A stretch of DNA of 64,000 bases from a virus. This document shows positions 27,918-37,968 of this stretch, piece after piece. Made by a program: the position numbers and the translations under genes. Under the pieces are notes generated by a model. That model was not told the origin of the DNA. It was given only the letters and a program-made list of their open reading frames with translations, and searched no databases. The DNA is taken from the IMG/VR virus record IMGVR_UViG_3300039098_000071, positions 5,560-69,559 of that record; one strand, written 5' to 3'. Position 1 is the stretch's first letter; the number at the start of each line of letters is the position of its first letter.

Positions 27918-29063
27918 TCATACCTCGAATGTTGATGCCCTGCGTCGCCCGGAATTGGTTTTCTCGATCTGCTCCAAGCATATTATTGTCTGATCGTACT
28001 GCACATCTGTCATCTGTCCCGATGCAGCAGGACCATAAATACCGATGTATTCGGCATAAGCCCGGAATGCCTGTATCGGTATCGGGTCGTCTTCGGGGAT
28101 CATGCCAGCTTCTTTCGCAAACTTCCACAACCGGAATATAACCATACCATCACTGAAATCCACACCAGACCGCCCCTTTCCAGATCCACGCATCCCATAC
28201 CCGGCAACGCTGCATGATGCGACGTCTGCGATGACAGCGAGCGCAGACATTGCGGTGTGTGTAACGTTGTGCCGCCAGCAGTACAACAGTCCGCCCATAA
28301 CCGTCGTGTTCTTTCCTGTCTCCGACCCATGAAATAATGACGGAAACCGCTTGCGTGGATTATCAATCTTTCCTACCACGTCAGTGATCGTCAGGTCGTA
28401 CAAAGCGGATCGAAAAGAAGAGGTATGACTGGTTTGTGCAGTTTGCTCTTTCGCTCGTTGTGCGTCACGCTCTTCTGCAATCCTCTCCATCTCTTCGTTG
28501 CGTCTTATCTGCTCCAAAAATACCTCCGGGAATTGCTCAAACTTAATCATCGCCGGCACAGATGCATTTAGCAACGTATACCGTCCAGCCAGTCCTTGTT
28601 CTTCTTCGGGCATGTGTACAATCTCCACCTCCCCAGTCACAACGTAAGACCCCGGCGCCACTACATATTGCCAGTTCGCGCGGACCTCCCCCGCATCTTC
28701 CGTAGCGATGTTCTGCTTTGCTTTGATATCTTTCGTGAAATAAAAGTAATGCCGCCCTACCCGCTTGCGACTCGTGACTGATAGAGTCGGTAGCACCCGA
28801 TTATTCGGTGTAATCCCGATGTCGTCGATGTCGATGATCACCAGTCCGTCATCACCGGTTGCAGCTATCCCGACGTTCTTTCCGCTTCGTAGATGCCGAA
28901 CTGCCTGCTTGACGGTGATCCTTGCCGTCGGTGCTTTCCATGACCCGACCGATAAGTCCGGGTCTTTATCTTCTGACAGTTTAAAGTACCACGGCACATA
29001 ATCCGGCTTTCCCGAAGTTAAGAGCGCGTTGAATCGTTCGAACTCTTCGGTGTTCTGTTGCAT
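27918..29063 (-). CDS. bifunctional DNA primase/polymerase (Prim-Pol, AEP) without a helicase domain
   Basis: NVGIA...LVIIDID, GRHFYF and GEVR....YVVAPGS motifs; C-terminal H/C zinc-binding-like segment. Confidence 0.85.
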   Translation of the reverse strand: MQQNTEEFERFNALLTSGKPDYVPWYFKLSEDKDPDLSVGSWKAPTARITVKQAVRHLRSGKNVGIAATGDDGLVIIDIDDIGITPNNRVLPTLSVTSRKRVGRHYFYFTKDIKAKQNIATEDAGEVRANWQYVVAPGSYVVTGEVEIVHMPEEEQGLAGRYTLLNASVPAMIKFEQFPEVFLEQIRRNEEMERIAEERDAQRAKEQTAQTSHTSSFRSALYDLTITDVVGKIDNPRKRFPSLFHGSETGKNTTVMGGLLYCWRHNVTHTAMSALAVIADVASCSVAGYGMRGSGKGRSGVDFSDGMVIFRLWKFAKEAGMIPEDDPIPIQAFRAYAEYIGIYGPAASGQMTDVQYDQTIICLEQIEKTNSGRRRASTFEV

Positions 29064-29605
29064 TATTTCTCCATTTCTTCGCAAACGACATAATCATCCG
29101 CCCATGTGCACCATCTGGCATTGCACATATTGCTTTGATCATGTATGTTTATATGCATGCATGTCTGCATGTTACACTTATTGTACCCACTGCAAATCAA
29201 TTTTTCCATGTATGCCACCACCTAAAAAATATAAAAAAGAGAGATTATAAAAACTCCTCTCTCATCCGACAGTCGATCTGCTTGAGTCTGCGTATAGCAT
29301 CCTCTACATCAGAATCCGAATCGAAACTTACCTTGAGATCCCAATACGTCTCGCCTTTCGCGCTCATCTTCTTTGTGATCGTGTCGTGAATTGGGAGTGT
29401 TGCATACACTATTGATTCTGTCATGCCTTGTTCGCCGCCGCCGTTGCAATGGCAGATATACTCACCGACACCATGTATGCGATCCACACACCCCACATCA
29501 GATCAGATGCATCGATATGACAGAGCAACAAGTACCACAACCCTACCGAACATGCCATTACTGGTAATGTGCATATTATCGCCACGACGTCTGCTGCATT
29601 GCCCA

Positions 29606-31144
29606 TCATTCTACTCCTGGGTAAAACTCGTCGTGGACATCGATCTGCTGCTCGAGTGTTTCGCCATCGACATTGTGCGCAATTTGTCGCTGTGGCGCCG
29701 AATAATCTGTTGCCTCCCGAGATTTTTGTTGCAGGTCCTCGATACTACCCCTATATTCAACCGTGACTATTGGAATCTTCTTTTTTCTGCTTTGTCCCTT
29801 CGGTGTAACCCAACGGGATGAATACACGAGTTTCATCGGCAGAAACGCTATTCTGCCGCCCGAGTTTTCAGCAATCCGTTTATTCATGAACAGCGACGCC
29901 ATAGTCCCCTCGATGCTGTTTCTTCCGGACGTCCTGTACTTCCACACGCTACCAACACTGTTCTGGCCCTCGATGATAAATGTCAGGATTCCCTGCATTT
30001 TGGTATCCTTATCTTTCAGAAACCCATGCGTGCCGTCGGGGTCATGCACAAATTCTCTTGTACCGTCTGGCTTCATGACGATCCAATCAACGCCATCGCC
30101 CCACCATATCATGCCTCTACCTCCATATTTTGCATAAAATGTTCTAAAGCTTTCGGTGGGGTCGTCTGACAACAACCGAATTGGAATCTCGGTGCATTCA
30201 TCACCCATCAGATTAGTCATCGTTTGATCAATGATGAAATCCTCATTGTCGTCCTTATCAGGGGTCGTAAAGATAAAATGGTCGTATGTAACCGTAGACC
30301 GTCCTTTGCCACTTGCATACACGTCCCCCTTTTTACCAATTCTGACACCGCCAGCCTCCCGCATGTTGAGGTTGAGCCCCCGAATCATCGGAGCAATTGG
30401 TCGCAGCTGTTGTAATACCGACGGTACATAGTCAGCAGATTCAGACTGTGTGGGTGGTGTAGTTACTATATCAGTGTTGTTGTCTTTGTGTCCTTCGATG
30501 CAGTTCAGAACGGCATCGATCGTGTCGTGCTCCTTTCCGCATATCTTGCAGGTGTGCTTTTTCGACGTGGGTGGTGGCACGATCTCTGCCTCGATCACGG
30601 GCGGCTCTTCAGTATGTGCATCCTTTGCACTAACTTGTTCCGGTTCCTTAATCTCTTCCGGCGCTTCCGGCACAACGATTCCCGCATCCGCACTATCCAC
30701 AACGTCGCTTGCTTGCGTTTCCGGTGCTTCGAAATTCCCGGGTTGCGGGGGAACCATGTTCTGGTCGGCGTCAAACGTCCATTTCTCTACATCATCTACT
30801 GCATTCAGCATCATCGTCTCAGAGATGTTGTCCCGCGCCAGACTTTCCTTACCAGAACCGAGCTTGCCAACTGCAATGATATGACGGCATCGCTTACCGC
30901 CATCCTTAAACGTGTCGCAAGAGCACCCAATGCCCTTTTTCGTGAAAGCGACCACGTACATCTGATCGTTTTCGTTCTCGTTAGCAACGACGATTGAATA
31001 TAGTCCTGCCTCTCCGAGCCGGGCAAACGTGTACATGCCATCGTCCATTTCCGCATTCGCTGCAACGTCTTCTCCCTTCACTATTCCTGCTGTTAGCGGG
31101 TCGATTACGCCCGCCCATGTTATGTTATGGTCTGTTTTAGTCAT
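29606..31144 (-). CDS. SWIM zinc finger + C2H2 + Gp3/RDF-like recombination domain protein
   Basis: CSCDTF....CRHIIAV; CKICG...C...H; VRIGKKG...DHF...IPIRL.SDD...VWKYRTSGRNSI. Confidence 0.6.
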   Translation of the reverse strand: MTKTDHNITWAGVIDPLTAGIVKGEDVAANAEMDDGMYTFARLGEAGLYSIVVANENENDQMYVVAFTKKGIGCSCDTFKDGGKRCRHIIAVGKLGSGKESLARDNISETMMLNAVDDVEKWTFDADQNMVPPQPGNFEAPETQASDVVDSADAGIVVPEAPEEIKEPEQVSAKDAHTEEPPVIEAEIVPPPTSKKHTCKICGKEHDTIDAVLNCIEGHKDNNTDIVTTPPTQSESADYVPSVLQQLRPIAPMIRGLNLNMREAGGVRIGKKGDVYASGKGRSTVTYDHFIFTTPDKDDNEDFIIDQTMTNLMGDECTEIPIRLLSDDPTESFRTFYAKYGGRGMIWWGDGVDWIVMKPDGTREFVHDPDGTHGFLKDKDTKMQGILTFIIEGQNSVGSVWKYRTSGRNSIEGTMASLFMNKRIAENSGGRIAFLPMKLVYSSRWVTPKGQSRKKKIPIVTVEYRGSIEDLQQKSREATDYSAPQRQIAHNVDGETLEQQIDVHDEFYPGVE

Positions 31145-31515
31145 TCTGTTTTCTCCTCTGGTCGTTTCGGTAAATACATCCAATGCGATATATCAGGTAT
31201 GCCATGCACGCACTTGGATACCAGTGCCTCGTTTCGGAACGTGTGCGACACACTATCATACCACATTGTCTCCATCACACCATCGTTCCGCAATGCTAAC
31301 ACCGTTGTATGTACTTGCGGCAACATGTCACAAGTAGAAACCCACTCGCCCCTTCGCATGCTATGATCTGTCTTCCGCAGTTCGTATCCCTCACATTTCA
31401 ATATTTGGTCCATGATGTCGTCAGAGAGTACCATCAGCGACGTGTATGGTGCGCCCGTCTCAAAGAATGCCCAGTATCCGTCGCCGATTCGGTCGATCAT
31501 GTGTTTTGCTCGCAT
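31141..31515 (-). CDS. DUF551-like protein
   Basis: WVSTCDMLP...VLA...ISHWMYLP..P. Confidence 0.7.
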   Translation of the reverse strand: MRAKHMIDRIGDGYWAFFETGAPYTSLMVLSDDIMDQILKCEGYELRKTDHSMRRGEWVSTCDMLPQVHTTVLALRNDGVMETMWYDSVSHTFRNEALVSKCVHGIPDISHWMYLPKRPEEKTE

Positions 31516-31679
31516 TATTCAATCCTCCCACGAAACATGCCCGCCCGCAATCTCGACAAACTTGACTGTGGTAGTAAGCAAGGCTTCTGCTGTTTTAAGC
31601 GGCCCTTCTTCGTCTGCTCCGCCTTTCACCAGCCCTTCGGCAAAAAGCCGTATTACACGCTGCGGTATCTCTTGTTCAG

Positions 31680-32024
31680 TCATATCTGGTCACCCATCCT
31701 TATTTTTGCTATCCCATCGTATCCGACAAGTGCATCACCGACCGCTCGCTCAACCTCTTTGGCAGCACCACGTGGACGAATCTTGATAGTGATCGCCTGA
31801 TCAAGCGCAGCGTCACGAGACAATACGCCACGCACCACATAGCCACGCGCCATGAGTTCGAGCACGTAACTCCGAACGCTACCATCGCTGTGTATCCCTT
31901 CCGCTTCCAACGCTGCCGCAACCATATCGACCGTGACCACACCGTCCACACCAACCAGATCTCGGAGACGCACAGCGATCTTCGCAGCTGTGATATGGCG
32001 GGGTGTCCATGTATCGTCACGCAT
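31680..32024 (-). CDS. putative wHTH protein
   Basis: SVRSYVLELMARGYV helix-wing pattern. Confidence 0.5.
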   Translation of the reverse strand: MRDDTWTPRHITAAKIAVRLRDLVGVDGVVTVDMVAAALEAEGIHSDGSVRSYVLELMARGYVVRGVLSRDAALDQAITIKIRPRGAAKEVERAVGDALVGYDGIAKIRMGDQI

Positions 32025-32723
32025 GATTATCACCGAACACACACTGAAACCCCTCAATAACACGATATGACTGATTAGGAACATTGTCATACCGTCTGCC
32101 AGACATGCGGAGATAGACCATGCTCATCATTGCATCGCGGTCTGATCGTTGCCACGTATCGACTCCGAGCTCTGCTAATGTTGCGGCAATAGATTCAACT
32201 GATGCCGCCCCCGGTATGAGTGATGGGTTGTACATGTCTTCACTCATTCTTATCACCTGATTCAATTGCATACATATACATATTTGTTGCCGCATGCAAC
32301 ACGCGGGGTGACATCCTTCCAAATGCTTCGGGCGACACACGCATGTTCCGTGCCTGCTGCTCAACCAGCCACGTATAATCCGTCTGTTCTTGTTCGGTCC
32401 ATTCATCGAAGCCGTCTGGGATTAATGAAGTCATGCTACGTCCTCCATGGAAACACCACATTGCCTAACTCGCACGTCGTTGCCGAATGCTCGCTTTAGC
32501 GTATCGGTGATCCATTCAATCTTCGCACCATCTGGTATGTTGTCAATTACGATCATCAGTCATACCTCGTAATACACATTGATAAAATTAGCGATGGATG
32601 CCGCCGCTATCCCGCAACAAAACCCAACGGTCATCGGGTCGACGGCATATCTCGCACATATCATCTGCGCAGTGATTACACATATTATGGTGACAAGTGC
32701 GTACACGACAATGTTCATTCCGT

Positions 32724-33038
32724 TCATATCTCGGTTCCTCCTTTATATGCTTCTGCCCATATAAGCGCCTTCAAAACGTCGCTCGCAACAACTTGCCCGA
32801 TCACGGAATCTGATTGACTCGGATCATATTCTTGCGTAATCCAATTACCATCACCATCCCACATCGCAAGTTCCGCGTCGGGTGATCGCATACCTTCCGT
32901 GCGCAGCGAGTCGATCTCAGCATCATAATTCTGGCAATAGTTCCCGCCGCCAAACTGCACAGAAACACACACACCATTGGCGAATGTGATGTGAAACCCC
33001 TTGTTGTCAAGGATCTTGAACCCTGGTGTAGTCTTCAT
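32724..33038 (-). CDS. phage hypothetical protein
   Basis: F.ITFANG..VSVQFG.GNYC...AELA.W...D.VIG pattern. Confidence 0.6.
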   Translation of the reverse strand: MKTTPGFKILDNKGFHITFANGVCVSVQFGGGNYCQNYDAEIDSLRTEGMRSPDAELAMWDGDGNWITQEYDPSQSDSVIGQVVASDVLKALIWAEAYKGGTEI

Positions 33039-33559
33039 ATCTTGCCTCGCATCAGAGTAATGAACCCACGTAGTACACGAGTCGTTCTGCCCACAACATT
33101 CCCATGCCCGCTATGCGCTGCTGCACGCGCCATCATCTGCGATAACACATACTGCTCTGCGATCGGCCATTCATCGAACCCGATCTCATCCAGTGCGCTG
33201 GCTGCGGAGGATTGCGACCACAATCTTTCCTGGCACTTGCGCAGTTCACGTTTGAACTCTATAGTCTTTCCTTCTGAGTGACGTAATTGCAGTCTCGACT
33301 TCGCAACCGTCTCCGCTTGTTCTGACCGCTCTTTCAAATCCTCGAATCCAGAATGTGTTCCGAGCAGCGCAGTACCCAACCGCTCCGCCTCTTCTGACGT
33401 CAGCGTCTTTGGGATGCTAATCGGATACTCGCCGGTGCCCGCACGAATCACTCTTATCTTTACCGATCCGTCAGACGCACGAGTAACCCGAAGATTTTCC
33501 ACGATCGAATCCTCATCAACAAGTGGCAAGGATGTTTCGTATATTACAACTTCTTTCAT
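33035..33559 (-). CDS. hypothetical protein
   Basis: 174 aa with GGAGG RBS and ATGA overlap. Confidence 0.6.
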   Translation of the reverse strand: MKEVVIYETSLPLVDEDSIVENLRVTRASDGSVKIRVIRAGTGEYPISIPKTLTSEEAERLGTALLGTHSGFEDLKERSEQAETVAKSRLQLRHSEGKTIEFKRELRKCQERLWSQSSAASALDEIGFDEWPIAEQYVLSQMMARAAAHSGHGNVVGRTTRVLRGFITLMRGKI

Positions 33560-34283
33560 CGTTTTCAGTCCTCCTCTTCTGTAGTCATATCATAAATCCC
33601 AACCATTCCTTCGAATATCAGCCTGTCCACTGGATATGCTTCAGTTGGCTCCGGATTTCCTGTTGCAAGCACTCGGTCGTTGCCATACGTCAAATCGGCG
33701 ATGCGTTTTTCTACATCATCTCGATGCGCATTCGTCAGCCATTTCATCGTTTTCCGTCCTCCTTTAGTATGATGTTTAGTCCATGTCCAGTGATGTTTGA
33801 TTTCTCCGCCGCCGCGAATACCTCGCTCATGAACTGCGTCTGTGTTGCCGCAATCGTTCCTGACACATCTGTGTCGAGTACGATCTCATATATTCGTGGG
33901 GGAATAGGTTCTCCGATTTTCTGTTTGTATTCACTCATGATTCAGTCCTCCCATGTCTTCTCTCGGTTGTTTCCAGAATACTGATCTGCTGCGGTCGTCC
34001 CCGACTCTGCGCAATATGCCAGAAATACCGCCTCAAATTCTGCTCTTGTTTTCAATATGTGTTTGCTCATGATTCATTCCTCGTTTAGGTCCCGCAGAGT
34101 TATGTACGAAGCATTAAACCGTAGCATAACGGGTTTCGAGGTGATCTCAAACGTCTCTCCGTTTGCCATCGCTCGTCGCGCTTTCCAGAGGTTGTATGGC
34201 GTCTCGTTTATATGCAACTTGAATGCCCTTTTGAACGCTTCGTATACAGACTCTCCCGCGTGTGCTTCGATTTCTATCATGAT

Positions 34284-34454
34284 TTAATCATCCACAACAT
34301 CCTTTTGTCTTGCATCTGATATTGCAATGCGGTATTCTACGGTGTCGTGCTTTCCTGCGAATTGTATACTCTCGTACACAGCTTTCTCGTGTTTCTGGTG
34401 TTCAAAGCAGAACATATTCTCATCTCTGCATCCCGGACAGTTGTTTCTTGCCAT
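34284..34454 (-). CDS. small zinc-binding protein (start MARNNCPGC)
   Basis: CPGC.....C..H; first gene after the structured leader. Confidence 0.55.
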   Translation of the reverse strand: MARNNCPGCRDENMFCFEHQKHEKAVYESIQFAGKHDTVEYRIAISDARQKDVVDD

Positions 34455-34619
34455 TGTTCTCGCCTTCTTGCTCTTCCGAGCATGCACCGGTTGGGCAGCG
34501 AACCCCATAGAGTCGGTAACTCGCCGATGCCATACGTGATTTCGATCCGCCTGCGAAGCAACAGGGGATAACGGTTTTGTTGCAGCGTTTGCTGTGCGCA
34601 TTTCAGCGCATTGCAACAA
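34455..34619 (-). ncRNA. highly structured ~165-nt leader or ncRNA
   Basis: Starts about 22 nt after TTTATATA (34640-47); UUGUUGCA/UGCAACAA encloses two hairpins, GCAUCGG/CCGGUGC encloses two more, then UGCUC-GGAA-GAGCA. Confidence 0.5.
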
Positions 34620-34705
34620 TACTACATAGTATCTAATCGTATATAAACTTATCGTTTGCGTGCGCAATTACAGATTTCATACACAATATGGAATACCGTC
34701 TGCAT

Positions 34706-34743
34706 AAAAAAAAGAGACATAAGAGTATTGTGGTAATACTCTT
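34706..34743 (-). terminator. hairpin plus U-tract
   Basis: AAGAGTATT/AATACTCTT stem followed by T8 on the minus strand. Confidence 0.6.
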
Positions 34744-34759
34744 TCGTCCACTACGATAT

Positions 34760-35281
34760 TCATATCTCAACCCGATCCAGAACAACCGGTATCCCTTCGG
34801 CGACCAGTCTTAATTTTCTGTCGCTATCATTCCGTTCATTCCGCACCCTGACATGATCTGTTTTAAGTGTCGCAAGTTCACTCTCGCGTGTGTCGAGTCG
34901 ATGCTTTGTTCTCTCAAGTTCCCGCTCAAGTTCGGTGATTCTTGCGTCCTTCTCTTCTTCGATCGCCCGGTGATCGACCTTGACAACTTTCTTCCTTCGA
35001 TCTCCTGCATAGATTCCCAACTCCTTAAGTCTCTTAGTGATCGGGTTCTTTTTGATGTTGATCCCATCTTCATATCGAAGGGTGCCGGCTATCTTATCTG
35101 CTCCGATCCCGGCATTGTACAATTCCGATATCTTCTCATCAAAGAAATCGATCTTGCCACCCACTGCAATCTCGTATGCAGAAGGTTTCTTTGCCCGCTC
35201 AACAGCGACGTGATGAGAAACAACTTTCCCATACTTCTTCTCGTTCCATTGTCCGTATCCGCGTCCATTCACAAATGTCAT
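34760..35281 (-). CDS. HTH plus coiled-coil protein
   Basis: ISELYNAGIGADKIA..L...I.KRLKELG followed by heptads; promoter variant at 35321-36. Confidence 0.65.
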   Translation of the reverse strand: MTFVNGRGYGQWNEKKYGKVVSHHVAVERAKKPSAYEIAVGGKIDFFDEKISELYNAGIGADKIAGTLRYEDGINIKKNPITKRLKELGIYAGDRRKKVVKVDHRAIEEEKDARITELERELERTKHRLDTRESELATLKTDHVRVRNERNDSDRKLRLVAEGIPVVLDRVEI

Positions 35282-35391
35282 TTTTGCCAACCATCCTATG
35301 ATTATTACTTTGCCCACAAAGTACTTAAAGGTTTCCTCGCACGTTCACTACCACCATTCAACCCCCAGATAAGACTGCACCACTCATCACC

Positions 35392-36261
35392 AGAACGTCG
35401 CACACGCCGCATATATGGAAGCCGCCAGAGCGTCACAGAGCAACGATCGCAAAGCCATGTTATGGAAAGTATGCTCTCAGTTCCACTATAAAGAATTCAC
35501 ACGAACAAACAAAAGAATGTAAAAAATATAGAAGACAGGGGTGGTGGATTATACTCCACCGCGTCCCGGCCCAACTTGACTCTCTTCTGGCGCACTGTCC
35601 GGCCAGTCTGAGGGTGTCCGTGGCTCGATGTAACTATCAATCAGGTTTGTGATGTTATCGAAGTACGTATTGCCTCTCTCAAAGTCCCATATCTGGATCC
35701 CCGTAATCAACCGAGCACTCTGGCAAGTAACAAACTCGCGATGTATCATCTCAAGCATGTTAGCAATAAGTTTGATGTCCTTATTTTCAGGTTCTGGGAG
35801 ATCCTCAAGCTGTGGCACAACATAATTAAGTATGCCGTGACTCTCCGGGCAGTCCAACAACGGCAACGACTGCAAAAACGCCCACTGCACTTTGGCATCT
35901 TCTACTCGATCCTTCAGTCGTATCAAGTCTGCTGCGACTACGAATCCATCGGACTGATCAGCGGCTTGCGACTTCAGGACGCCGTAATGCCAGTCTCTCA
36001 AAAACGATGCAACGTAACACAACTGCATGTTCGGGATTCTTTCAGGTAGTTCTGTATTGTCTGTCATTATGTACTACATGGTCGAGCATCAAATATAAAA
36101 ACGTATCGATTTGCGAAGGCATGCTGTAAATCGATGCCATAATGTCATTTGCCAGAGATGTAAGCACATCGGCACGATTCGGCACACGATAAGATCATAC
36201 ACACCAATCATAGAACGTCGCACACACCACATATATGGAAGCCGACGGAACGCCACAGAGC
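35392..36261. repeat. 50-bp imperfect direct repeats (35392-35441 and 36212-36261)
   Basis: 44/50 identical, flanking gene 35549..36067. Confidence 0.85.
35549..36067 (-). CDS. acidic protein with internal duplication and its own promoter
   Basis: SQAA...G...D..R...PLLDCPES and CQSA...G...D..R...PSDWPDS halves; TTTTTATA box at 36094-101. Confidence 0.7.
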   Translation of the reverse strand: MTDNTELPERIPNMQLCYVASFLRDWHYGVLKSQAADQSDGFVVAADLIRLKDRVEDAKVQWAFLQSLPLLDCPESHGILNYVVPQLEDLPEPENKDIKLIANMLEMIHREFVTCQSARLITGIQIWDFERGNTYFDNITNLIDSYIEPRTPSDWPDSAPEESQVGPGRGGV

Positions 36262-36269
36262 CATGGCAA

Positions 36270-36566
36270 TCAGAAGTAAACATATGTGACAGCGAGCGCG
36301 GCGGCGATGACCCATGGCGCATACTTTTCGATCTCGTACAATCTGCCGCCAATCTCTTCTGTATCAGCATCCATAACCGAAGTACGAACTTCCAGATCGT
36401 TGATATGTGCTTCCAGATCGCGAAACGTCTTTTTTATGTCACTGATGTCAGCAGCAATCCGGGAATTAATCTCTTCTTGTCGTGCAAGCATCTGACAAAT
36501 CTGTGATAATACAGCGTCGTGGCTGTGATCATTGTGCCTGGCAACGGTGCCAATTTTTTCTGACAT
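36270..36566 (-). CDS. coiled-coil protein with C-terminal TM anchor
   Basis: Heptad repeats followed by WVIAAALAVTYVYF. Confidence 0.65.
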   Translation of the reverse strand: MSEKIGTVARHNDHSHDAVLSQICQMLARQEEINSRIAADISDIKKTFRDLEAHINDLEVRTSVMDADTEEIGGRLYEIEKYAPWVIAAALAVTYVYF

Positions 36567-36998
36567 GACGGACTACATGACACACGCATATAAAAAAGTG
36601 CCTATCCGCCGCATGTTCCGACGGATCGGTGGTAAAATGCTATTGGCGCCCACGGTTTCTATTAAACATGTCTCGCCGATGTTCGATAACAAGCACAGAT
36701 AAGACCGCGCACATCATGAGAATCATTAATAGATCACCGATACACCCATAAATATGTAGTTCAATCGTTATTATCGTGCACATAAATAGTAAGAAATCCA
36801 CTCTGCCGGGTCTTGTCATGTCTCTTCGGTTACCGGGTCGATTCCATGTTCTTCCAAAAACTTGGGTCGCCGAATTGGCGAGATCCCGCAGTCTTCGCAC
36901 TCATTGACGAGGCGCCCGTAAACACGACACCGCCCGCCGTATTCATTGTATATTCGTTTGATATGCCCACAACGTCCCGCCTTCTCGTCAAAGTTCAT

Positions 36999-37139
36999 TT
37001 AGTCCACCTTCGGTTTCTGTACAGCGCTAATAACGAAAGTGATCCTCGATCCCTCCACTATCCCGAGCACTTCACGATCGATGATTGGGATAACGATCCT
37101 TCCAGCCCTGTCTACGGTTGCATAGATGTCTCTGCTCAT
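36999..37139 (-). CDS. AbrB/MazE/SpoVT family protein
   Basis: TVDRAGRIVIP..DRE.LGI.EGS.I.F. Confidence 0.85.
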   Translation of the reverse strand: MSRDIYATVDRAGRIVIPIIDREVLGIVEGSRITFVISAVQKPKVD

Positions 37140-37797
37140 ATTCCATCCTCCGGAACCGATACGTGCCAGATGCCGGATAACGTGCTCCACATCTGGTATT
37201 TCTTTTCGATGAAATTACATGCTTCTTCCGGGGTTACATCCCGATTACACACCCCATCATTATGTATCAATGTGTTGGGGAACGTGTCGTCATTGATTTT
37301 GACGATTGCGCACTTATCGCCGATTTTGAACAATTTCCCGCAGACCGGGCATTTCTTACCCCATTCGATTGCAGTGGCAACATCCTCCGTATACATAATA
37401 GCAGACATCTTAACCGATCTTGTGTCGATCATGATTTGTCGTCCTCCACATCGCGCTTCTTCTGCTCATCGATGAGTCTGTACACTCTCAATATGATGTC
37501 CACATCGATCTCGTTCCATGTCATCATGTTAAGCATGCTGACCCGATGATAATGTTTCATCGTGTCGTTTGGCGTCAGTGCGTCAAGCGTCGTCGGCGTT
37601 GCGACCGGCGTCGGTCCTTCGAGGAATTCGTCTCTCATGTTTTTGATCTCCTGCGCATTTGCGCAAGTGTGTAATGGTTCGCAATGGTTATAAATGTTTC
37701 GATCTACCATCTGAAACCAGAAAAAGAAATTCTAATTCCCGCGAATTCGAGGGAATTAAAAAATGGGGGTGGCAGGTTATGCCCGCTTCACACATCA

Positions 37798-37953
37798 TCA
37801 ACCAACCAACAACCACTGCCAGTATCGAATACCGACGATCACAGCAGCAACATTCACAGCGAGCCATCCGAGCCACATCATTATTTTCAACATATTCCTA
37901 CCTATAGTACCGTGAATAATAATGTTTTCGGCGTATTTATATGCTATATTCAT
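37798..37953 (-). CDS. 51-aa single-TM protein, last gene of the VirB4 operon (not in ORF track)
   Basis: GGAGG RBS; MNIAYKYAE...MMWLGWLAVNVAAVIVGIRYWQWLLVG. Confidence 0.55.
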   Translation of the reverse strand: MNIAYKYAENIIIHGTIGRNMLKIMMWLGWLAVNVAAVIVGIRYWQWLLVG

Positions 37954-37968
37954 CTGGTTTCCTCCGTT

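Noticed and set aside
34455-34619. Hammerhead ribozyme
   Set aside because: The CUGANGA and GAAA core is not present in the required arrangement
35392-36261. DGR template/variable repeat pair
   Set aside because: Mismatches are not confined to adenines of one copy, the repeat is only 50 bp, and no reverse transcriptase was seen
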